A stretch of 24,192 nucleotides of DNA from Pseudomonadota bacterium (GTDB lineage: Bacteria > Desulfobacterota > BSN033 > WVXP01 > G020346125): positions 1 through 24,192 of the forward strand of contig DAOVGJ010000029.1 of assembly GCA_030672465.1 (NCBI GenBank), written 5' to 3'. The position numbers were made by a program, and so were the translations under genes. Every line of letters begins with the position of its first letter. The stretch's first letter is position 1. The notes beneath the pieces were generated by a model that saw only the letters and a list, made by a program, of their open reading frames with translations, had not been told where the DNA came from and searched no databases. This document shows positions 1 to 6,657 of this stretch, in pieces.

Positions 1-56
1 CTGTGCCGTCTGATTTATGACTTTTTACGAGACCATCTTAGAATGGTCAAAAAGTC
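1..56. repeat. Imperfect inverted repeat (19-56), possibly the end of a MITE-like intergenic element that runs off the left edge
   Basis: Seen: GACTTTTT(19-26)-ACGA-GACCAT(31-36)-CTTAGA-ATGGTC(43-48)-AAAAAGTC(49-56), followed by TTTTT(57-61) on +. It could act as a + strand intrinsic terminator. From memory, GATGGTCTCGTAAAAAGTC (minus strand 37-19) resembles ends of palindromic intergenic repeats in deltaproteobacterial genomes; this is unverified. Confidence 0.5.
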
Positions 57-185
57 TTTTTAGTAAACGAAGGGGATTTGGGCAATAGCCCGTTTAACGG
101 ATGAATCCAAAGGTTGTGGCATGGGGAAGCTGCCGAGTGCCCCTGCCGAAGATGTGGAGAGCTCAAACACGGTCCGATTCCGGAT

Positions 186-1208
186 CTAAGCATTTGGAGC
201 TTCTACGATTTCAACTTGAAACTCATTCGCATCAGGGGGCATATTGGGGAAGATCACGATAAAGGGAACGCTCATCCGGGGGGCCACGCGCATCTGGCTT
301 GGCACCGGCCGGATCCTGAAGTCGCCCCTTGTGAAACGAGGGGGAAGTTTTTTAAGGTCTTCCTTGGTAAAGTAGCTGCCGCACAGGGTCTGCTTCTCAT
401 CCAATAGCTTATTCTTATCGTTTAATAAAATGGCCCTGATCCTCACGTGCTTCTTCGTTTTGTTAGTCTCATTTAATATCTTGCCCGTAATCACGAAAAC
501 CGGAACTTCACCGATGGTATCCTTATAACCCTCCAGATCGGAAAAGGTTAAGCTTCCCCTCTCTATCCCCCGTATATCCTCCCATATGGATTCGAGCTTC
601 TCCGGGATGGATTTGAGCAGGGATGGGATATTCCCAGGGAGGCTGATCTCCATCCCCCGCTCACTCCTGAGGTAATATCCCCCTAAGGCAATGATGAGAA
701 GGATGCCGATCAACACGAAGGACCAGGATGTTTTTCTCTTCGTGGGGGTCACTGGTGGTTTTTCGAAATATTTTTTCTCTTCCAATCCCCTCATGTCGAA
801 GGTGGGGGTATCCATCTCCCCCTCCATGAATTCCGTTTGTCTCTGTTCCTCAAGGGATGGGCTTGGCCATTCCTCGGTGGGGAATTCCGCCATGCTCGGA
901 CCCTCCGAAGGGGGTCCCTGCCCCGTATCTTGGAACGTGCTGTCAAATTCACCCCTTTCAAACGGGCTCTCCTCATCCGTGGACGGCCCTGTTTCCGGGG
1001 CGGAAGTATCCATCAAGTCTTTGTGAAATTTCTCAAAGGATTCGAAGTCCTGGAGAAAATCTTCCCCTTCTGATGGCGGAGTGGCTGGAGGGGGTTTAAC
1101 GGAAAAGATATGCTTGCATTTTGAGCATCGAACCTTTACGCCTTGCGGCGTAATTTTTGAATCCTCTATGTTGTACTTAGTCCCACAGAGATCGCATTGG
1201 ACGATCAT
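186..1208 (-). CDS. Zinc-ribbon (MJ0042-type CxxC...CxxC) / acidic linker / single TM / DUF3426-like membrane protein
   Basis: N-terminus MIVQCDLCGTKY...VKVRCSKCKHIF; Pro/Glu-rich linker; basic patch KRK then TM (WSFVLIGILLIIALGGYYL); beta-rich C-terminal domain (VFVITGKILNET...PFIVIF...EFQVEIV). RBS GGGAG lies upstream of the ATG. Confidence 0.85.
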   Translation of the reverse strand: MIVQCDLCGTKYNIEDSKITPQGVKVRCSKCKHIFSVKPPPATPPSEGEDFLQDFESFEKFHKDLMDTSAPETGPSTDEESPFERGEFDSTFQDTGQGPPSEGPSMAEFPTEEWPSPSLEEQRQTEFMEGEMDTPTFDMRGLEEKKYFEKPPVTPTKRKTSWSFVLIGILLIIALGGYYLRSERGMEISLPGNIPSLLKSIPEKLESIWEDIRGIERGSLTFSDLEGYKDTIGEVPVFVITGKILNETNKTKKHVRIRAILLNDKNKLLDEKQTLCGSYFTKEDLKKLPPRFTRGDFRIRPVPSQMRVAPRMSVPFIVIFPNMPPDANEFQVEIVEAPNA

Positions 1209-1244
1209 AAGCTCCCCTGTTGTTTCTTAAACCATTTATGGATC

Positions 1245-1273
1245 ATTATGATCGAAGAAATCCAAAAAATCAA
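1245..1273 (-). promoter_or_regulatory. Putative sigma70 promoter for the zinc-ribbon/DUF3426 gene
   Basis: Minus strand TTGATT(1273-1268)-17 nt-CATAAT(1250-1245), 36 nt upstream of the ATG. The -10 lies inside a 13-bp palindrome GATCAT-T-ATGATC (1241-1253). Confidence 0.5.
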
Positions 1274-1447
1274 GGTTTTTCTCTTGCTTGCCCCTGCTCC
1301 GTTTTGTTAATTGGCTTAATCAGCGCGGGGATGATTTGAAGGTGAATTTAGGCGAGGGGGGCTTAAACCGTTTTTTCGACCCTTGTCTCCGAAGGGGCTC
1401 AAGAGAAGGAAATTCATGTAAGCTTGTTGGTCCCAGCGGCAAAAACC

Positions 1448-2647
1448 TTACCTGGCCAGCAGCTTCTTAAATTCCTGGGTCAACATGGGGACGGCCTGAA
1501 AGATGTCCGCCACAACACCGTAGGTAGCGATTTTGAAGATGGGGGCCTCCGGATCCTTATTAATGGCGACGATGATTTCCGAGGTCTTCATCCCCGCTTG
1601 ATGTTGGATCGCCCCGGAGATTCCGCAGGCGATGTAGATTTTGGGCCTCACGGTTCGACCCGTCTGGCCGACTTGGTGTTCGTAGGGAATCCATCCCGCA
1701 TCTACGGCCGCACGGGATGCACCCAACGCCCCTCCCAATACATGTGCTAGCTCACGGATAACCGCGAAGTTCTCACTCCCTCCCACTCCCCTTCCACCGG
1801 AAACGATGATCTCCGCATCCACGAGGTTCACCGTTTCGGCCCCCTGAACGAAGTCCAGAATCTTAGTCCTTACCTTATCCTCGTCAATGGGTAACGGCTC
1901 GCGAATGATCTCCCCCGTCCTGGAATCGTCCTTTTCCGGCATGGCGAAGACCTTTGGCCTGACCGTGGCCATCTGGGGCCTATGGTTTTGGCACAGTATG
2001 GTAGCCATGATATTGCCGCCGAAGGCGGGACGGGTTTGTCTCAGCAATTTGGTCTCGGGATCGATATCGAGTCCCGTACAATCCGCTGTCAGTCCCGTAT
2101 ATATTGTGGTGGCCACGGTTCCCGCGAAATCCCGTCCTTGAGTGGTCGCCCCGAAGATCACGATATCGGGTTTGTATTTCCTGATCAAATTGACGGCTCC
2201 CGCCGCATAAGAGTCCGTTCTGTATTCTTTTAAAACGGGGCCTTCGGTTAGGTAGACCGTATCCGCCCCATACTTTATGGCTTCTTGAGCACATTCCTCA
2301 ACCCCATCACCCATAAGCATTCCGGAAAGTTTGCATCCTAAAGAGTCAGCTAGCTTTCTCCCCTCCCCAAGGAGCTCAAAGCTCACGTTGGTGATCCTTC
2401 CCCTTTTGTGTTCGATGAATACCCAGACGTCTTTATACTGGCTGATATCCACACCTTCGGCCTCTTTTTCCTCCTTTTCCAAAGCGATGGCTTCGACGGG
2501 ACAGACATCAACGCAAGCCCCGCAGAAGGTGCACTTCTCGTTGACCGTTACCACATCGCCCTTCATCTCCAGGGCCCCGTAAGGGCATTCCTCCACGCAG
2601 GCCTCACACCCGGTACATGCCTCCTCATCGATCAATAACCTGGCCAT
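1448..2647 (-). CDS. etfA: Electron transfer flavoprotein alpha subunit with N-terminal 2x[4Fe-4S] ferredoxin domain
   Basis: CTGCEACVEECP and CTFCGACVDVCP ferredoxin motifs; ETF motifs LTADCT, QTRPAFGGNIMATI, IVSGGRGVG, GASRAAVDAGW, QVGQTGRTVRP, ACGISGAIQH. RBS GGAG is upstream. Confidence 0.95.
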   Translation of the reverse strand: MARLLIDEEACTGCEACVEECPYGALEMKGDVVTVNEKCTFCGACVDVCPVEAIALEKEEKEAEGVDISQYKDVWVFIEHKRGRITNVSFELLGEGRKLADSLGCKLSGMLMGDGVEECAQEAIKYGADTVYLTEGPVLKEYRTDSYAAGAVNLIRKYKPDIVIFGATTQGRDFAGTVATTIYTGLTADCTGLDIDPETKLLRQTRPAFGGNIMATILCQNHRPQMATVRPKVFAMPEKDDSRTGEIIREPLPIDEDKVRTKILDFVQGAETVNLVDAEIIVSGGRGVGGSENFAVIRELAHVLGGALGASRAAVDAGWIPYEHQVGQTGRTVRPKIYIACGISGAIQHQAGMKTSEIIVAINKDPEAPIFKIATYGVVADIFQAVPMLTQEFKKLLAR

Positions 2648-2657
2648 CTGCTCCTCC

Positions 2658-3452
2658 CTATTTGATTACCTTCGCATCCATCAGTTTATCTATCAAGAGG
2701 GGAATGGTCTCGGTCAGTTCTCCCTCCAAAACCTCTCCTCCACCCCTTGGTTCCGGCGTAAAGACCCGGATGACCTCGGTTGGGGAACCCTCTAAACCAC
2801 ACTTTGCCTTATCCACCGGCAAATCCTCAGTGGTCCAGGTTGGTATTTCGGCCTTGGCCGCCTTCTTAATGCCAAGGAGGGAGGGAAGCCGGGGTTCATT
2901 GATATCCTTGACCACGGTGATGAGGGTAGGGAGAAGGGATTCAACGACCTCCTTTCCATCCTCCAGCATCCTCTCCACCACAATCCTGTTGTCTTCCACG
3001 TCGATCTCCCGTATCTTTGAGACATAAGTCAACTGGGGCAAGCTTAATTGAGTTGCTACTCCCGGGCCAACCTGGGCCGTGTCTCCATCGATTGCCTGCT
3101 TTCCGCAGATCACCAAATCCACTGCACCGATTTTCTTAATGGCCTGGGCCAGGGTATAGGCCGTTGCCCACATATCGGATCCCGCAAAGTCACGATCCGA
3201 CACGAGATAGACGTAGTCCGCACCAACGGCCAAGGCATTCTTGAGCACCTCAATGGCCTGGGGAGGACCCATGGTGATGACATGTACTTCCCCCCCATAT
3301 TTTTCCTTGGCCAGAAGGGCCTCCTCCACCGCGTATTCATCGAAGGGATTGGTTATGCTCTCCACCCCTTCCCTAACGAGGGTTCGGGTTTCCGGATCGA
3401 TCCTTACGTCGGTCGTATCGGGGACTTGTTTAATGCATGCGACAATCTTCAC
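2658..3452 (-). CDS. etfB: Electron transfer flavoprotein beta subunit
   Basis: KIVACIKQVPDT, NPFDEYAVEEA, DRDFAGSD, CGKQAIDGDTAQVGP, GSPT. Start moved from the track's TTG (3473) to GTG at 3452, which follows AGGAGG (3463-3458) by 5 nt. Confidence 0.95.
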   Translation of the reverse strand: MKIVACIKQVPDTTDVRIDPETRTLVREGVESITNPFDEYAVEEALLAKEKYGGEVHVITMGPPQAIEVLKNALAVGADYVYLVSDRDFAGSDMWATAYTLAQAIKKIGAVDLVICGKQAIDGDTAQVGPGVATQLSLPQLTYVSKIREIDVEDNRIVVERMLEDGKEVVESLLPTLITVVKDINEPRLPSLLGIKKAAKAEIPTWTTEDLPVDKAKCGLEGSPTEVIRVFTPEPRGGGEVLEGELTETIPLLIDKLMDAKVIK

Positions 3453-3464
3453 CTTGTCCTCCTT

Positions 3465-3482
3465 TTGAGACAAATTTCACAA
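3465..3482. promoter_or_regulatory. Putative Rex (NADH/NAD+ sensor) operator upstream of etfBA
   Basis: Minus strand TTGTGAA-ATTT-GTCTCAA versus Rex consensus TTGTGAA-W4-TTCACAA: 12/14 half-site matches with an all-A/T core. It lies between the putative -10 and the RBS. Confidence 0.55.
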
Positions 3483-3486
3483 TATC

Positions 3487-3515
3487 CTCATAGGCCAATT
3501 ATGTCGATTTGTCAA
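3487..3515 (-). promoter_or_regulatory. Putative sigma70 promoter for etfBA, with its -35 inside the pdxA 3' end
   Basis: Perfect TTGACA (3515-3510) preceded by an A-tract, 17-nt spacer, then TATGAG (3492-3487; 4/6, lacking the conserved final T). Confidence 0.45.
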
Positions 3516-4518
3516 TATTTTTTCCCTTCTCCCCGGCCATTCCGCTCGCGAGGATGATGGCCTCAATAAGGCTCGATGGATCGGCAGCCCCGCCTCCCGC
3601 TATGTCGTAGGCGGTTCCGTGGTCGACGGAGGTCCTGATGACGGGGAGCCCCAAAGTCACGTTGACAGCCCTTTTGAACCCCATCAATTTGATGGGGATC
3701 AGGCCTTGATCGTGATACATAGAGATTACGGCGTCGTAGATCCCCCCCGCGGCAAAGTGAAAGAGGGAGTCACTGGCCAAGGGCCCCTCAACGCTGAAGC
3801 CCGCCCTTCTGCATCCATCGATGGCTGGAATGATGGCGGCCTTCTCCTCATCCCCGAACAATCCATCCTCCCCGGCATGGGGGTTCAGAGAGGCAACTAC
3901 CAACTTGGGGTTTGGGATCCCAAAGGAGTTCCTTAAGGCGTGGTGCGTGACCCTTATGGTGTCCATGATCCTTTCCCGAGTGATCAAGCGGGGGACATCC
4001 CTCAGGGCGCAATGGGTTGTCACAAGGGCTACCTTTAACCCCGGGGCGACCAGCATCATGACCACGGGAGCACTGTTGGTTCGCTGAGCCAAGAACTCCG
4101 TATGTCCAGTGAAGGGATATCCGGCATCATTGAGAGACCCCTTATTGATGGGGCATGTAGTTATCCCTTCGATCCTTCCGTCCATCACAAAGGATAGGGT
4201 CGTTTCCAGATAGCGAATTACGTGAGCCGCATAGGGCCTTCTGGGAGTTCCAAATCGAAATCCATGGAGATCGATATGGCTCAGCTCAATGAGGTCAATC
4301 ATTCCCGGGGTTCCCCTTGCCTCTTCAGCCGTTCGTACCGGATTGATGTTGCACGGGGAATTGAGGGTTCTGTTGGCCTCCTTGAGCACGTTGCCATCAC
4401 CGAAGACCAAGGGTCTACAACAGGCGAACACCTCTTTTTGAGCCAAGGCCTTGACTATGATTTCCGGCCCGATTCCAACGGGATCACCCATAGTGATGCC
4501 GATGATGGGTAACGACAT
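3499..4518 (-). CDS. pdxA: 4-hydroxythreonine-4-phosphate dehydrogenase (PdxA family)
   Basis: ITMGDPVGIGPE, GHTEFLA, LNPHAGE, MYHDQGLIPIK, TLGLPVIRTSVDHGTA. Start set at ATG 4518 (MSLPIIGI) rather than 4623. Position after surA resembles the surA-pdxA linkage; a PdxA2 (sugar-acid) function cannot be excluded from sequence alone. Confidence 0.9.
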   Translation of the reverse strand: MSLPIIGITMGDPVGIGPEIIVKALAQKEVFACCRPLVFGDGNVLKEANRTLNSPCNINPVRTAEEARGTPGMIDLIELSHIDLHGFRFGTPRRPYAAHVIRYLETTLSFVMDGRIEGITTCPINKGSLNDAGYPFTGHTEFLAQRTNSAPVVMMLVAPGLKVALVTTHCALRDVPRLITRERIMDTIRVTHHALRNSFGIPNPKLVVASLNPHAGEDGLFGDEEKAAIIPAIDGCRRAGFSVEGPLASDSLFHFAAGGIYDAVISMYHDQGLIPIKLMGFKRAVNVTLGLPVIRTSVDHGTAYDIAGGGAADPSSLIEAIILASGMAGEKGKNIDKST

Positions 4519-4627
4519 AGCCGCCTTCGTCCTCGAAAGAGATCTGCGCCGAACAAACCCCTTCTTCAACCGCGTTTGCAACGCCCGATCTGTGGGTTGG
4601 GCTACCGAGATATTCGTGAACATTCAA

Positions 4628-4645
4628 GGGCGATTTCCACCGCCC
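4628..4645 (-). terminator. Weak hairpin just downstream of the surA-like gene (possible weak terminator or mRNA stabiliser)
   Basis: Minus strand GGGCGG-TGGAAA-TCGCCC followed by TTGAATGTT; the U-tract is poor. Confidence 0.3.
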
Positions 4646-4653
4646 GGGTTGGA

Positions 4654-5622
4654 TTATAATTTTACCTCGATGAAGGATTCTGCCTTAACCTTCTGTAGCC
4701 AGGCCTTATATAACCTCTGGGACTCCTCTTCAATGTACCGACTTTTTACCTTCTCCATCACCTCTTCATAGGGAATGATCGCTCCCTCTCTTTTCTCGGT
4801 GACCTTGATGATGTGGAACCCTATTTTGGTTCGAACTAAGCCGCTGAGCTGCCCCGGTTGTAGGTTGAAAGTGATCCGCTCGAATTCGGGCAGGAGTTCC
4901 CCGCTTTTAAAAAATCCCAAATCGCCTCCGTTTTTTGCCGATGCGTCATCGGAGTATAAGCGGGCTAGTGCTTGAAAATCCTCGCCCAGGCGGAGCCTCT
5001 CCAATATCGTTTCGCCCTTATGACGAAGGGCTTCCACCAGGAGGTCATCGGCATCCTGAGGAACCATGATCAAAATATGGCTAGCCCGTATTTGGTCAGG
5101 CTCCTTAAATCGTTCGATGTGTTGGACGTAAAACCTCTTGAGCCGCTGGTCGTCGACGGTGAACTCCTGCCTGACTACGCGAGAAGCCAATTTGGCCCTT
5201 TTAATCTGATTCCTCAACTCCTGTCGGTAATCCTCCCAACTCACACCATCCGCCATCAAAGCCATCTTCAGCTGTTCATCGGTAACGGCGTTTAACCTCT
5301 TTACGTCTTCGACGGCCGTATCGATATCCCTTGCGGACACCTTTATCGCCCATTTCTTGCACTGTTGATCGACTATCTTTTCCTCGATAAGGCGATCGAG
5401 GATCAGTCTTCTCGATTCGAAGACCTTGGCTCTCTTCTCCCATTGATTGCCGGTGGCCTCGGACCCGTCTCGCAGTTTTGAACGATACCGTTCCAGTTCA
5501 GAAAGGGTGATGATCTCGCCGTTGACGATGGCGACGATCTTATCGATGATCGTTGCCCCGCAAATCGCTTCGGATAGGCCGAAGATGAGGAAGATGATAA
5601 TGGATAAGATGGATTTCCGCAT
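4654..5622 (-). CDS. SurA-like periplasmic chaperone / parvulin (PpiC-type) peptidyl-prolyl isomerase
   Basis: Hydrophobic signal peptide; SurA N-domain (IDKIVAIVNGEIITLSEL...LDRLIEEKI); parvulin motifs RASHILI, GGDLGFF, GFHIIKV. Confidence 0.9.
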   Translation of the reverse strand: MRKSILSIIIFLIFGLSEAICGATIIDKIVAIVNGEIITLSELERYRSKLRDGSEATGNQWEKRAKVFESRRLILDRLIEEKIVDQQCKKWAIKVSARDIDTAVEDVKRLNAVTDEQLKMALMADGVSWEDYRQELRNQIKRAKLASRVVRQEFTVDDQRLKRFYVQHIERFKEPDQIRASHILIMVPQDADDLLVEALRHKGETILERLRLGEDFQALARLYSDDASAKNGGDLGFFKSGELLPEFERITFNLQPGQLSGLVRTKIGFHIIKVTEKREGAIIPYEEVMEKVKSRYIEEESQRLYKAWLQKVKAESFIEVKL

Positions 5623-5625
5623 AGA

Positions 5626-6564
5626 TCAGTGAGTATATTCCAATAACTGTTTGTTGATTTTGATCTTCGCCTTCGCCCTCAACCCCGAGAGCCAGTTATA
5701 GTAGATTTGCTCGCTCTTTTTCTTTCGAATTTTATGGGCGATCTCATCCTTGACTTCATCAAATTCTCGAACCTTAGCTTCGACTTTCTCCTCGACCTTG
5801 AAGATATGATATCCATAGGGGCTCTTGATTACTTTGCTGACCCCCCCTACTTTCAGGGAAAATACCTCATCGAAGGCCTCAGGCATCTCGCCGTGGGCGA
5901 AGAATCCCAGGTCTCCGCCATACAGCCTTTCGGGCATCATCGATTTTTCCTTGGCCAGTTTTTCAAAATCCTCCCCTTTCCTCAGCCTCCTCAAGATCGT
6001 TTTGGCCTCGTTTTCCGTGGCCACAACGATCTGCCTTGCCCTCACCTGCTCGGGAAAGGAATATTCCTCAATGTGTTCCTCGTAGTACTGTTTTACCGAT
6101 TTATCATCGATGGGAGCATCGAATTGCGCAACGGTTTGGATGATCTTCTCCGCCAGGAGTTTTTCCGTTAACCTTCGTTTCCATTCCTCGAAACTCATTC
6201 CGCGGGCCTCGAGCATGGCCTTGAAGCTCTCTCTAGCATAATCCCTTTTTAGGGCCAAAATAGTCCTATTGATCTCGTCCTCCGATACATGGATATCCAT
6301 ACGCCGAGCCTCTCCAAGGATGAGCTTCCTGTTGATGATTTGGTCCAGAAAGGCAGTTTTCAACTGGTCCAGGGATTCCCTGTCCTCCGGCAGTTTACCG
6401 TGTTCTAATTTAATATCCCGTAATTCGTTATTGAATTCCTCCAGGGTAATCAATTCTTCGTTTACCTGGGCCAGAATGCCCTGGGGGAGATTCGTATCTT
6501 CCTTCTGACATCCCATAATGCAGAGGGCTATCAACAGGCCGATCCACATAGTTGGGAGCTTCAC
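5626..6564 (-). CDS. PrsA/SurA-like parvulin PPIase, probable lipoprotein
   Basis: Start set at GTG 6564 (AGGAGG 6 nt upstream). Signal peptide ends in lipobox-like IMG-C; LAQVNEELITLEEF; RARQIVV; GGDLGFF; YGYHIFKV. Confidence 0.88.
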   Translation of the reverse strand: MKLPTMWIGLLIALCIMGCQKEDTNLPQGILAQVNEELITLEEFNNELRDIKLEHGKLPEDRESLDQLKTAFLDQIINRKLILGEARRMDIHVSEDEINRTILALKRDYARESFKAMLEARGMSFEEWKRRLTEKLLAEKIIQTVAQFDAPIDDKSVKQYYEEHIEEYSFPEQVRARQIVVATENEAKTILRRLRKGEDFEKLAKEKSMMPERLYGGDLGFFAHGEMPEAFDEVFSLKVGGVSKVIKSPYGYHIFKVEEKVEAKVREFDEVKDEIAHKIRKKKSEQIYYNWLSGLRAKAKIKINKQLLEYTH

Positions 6565-6657
6565 GTCTCTCCTCCTCACGGATTGATTCATTGATGATGA
6601 CCCGCTATTTCAGCCCGGATCGAGAGAATTATGGCCCGATTGAACGTACATGCCTTC

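Noticed and set aside
1378-1400. CCCTT/AAGGG hairpin downstream of etfA as a terminator
   Set aside because: Short stem followed by an A-run rather than a U-run on the transcribed (minus) strand.
1209-1447. Larger intergenic gaps (also 62-185 and 4519-4653) as tRNA, riboswitch or sRNA loci
   Set aside because: No cloverleaf, T-loop or recognisable riboswitch core by eye. An Infernal/Rfam scan would be needed to exclude these fully.
4519-4623. 35-aa N-terminal extension of pdxA
   Set aside because: PdxA homology starts at MSLPIIGITMGDP (4518). The extension is most likely an open frame through intergenic DNA.
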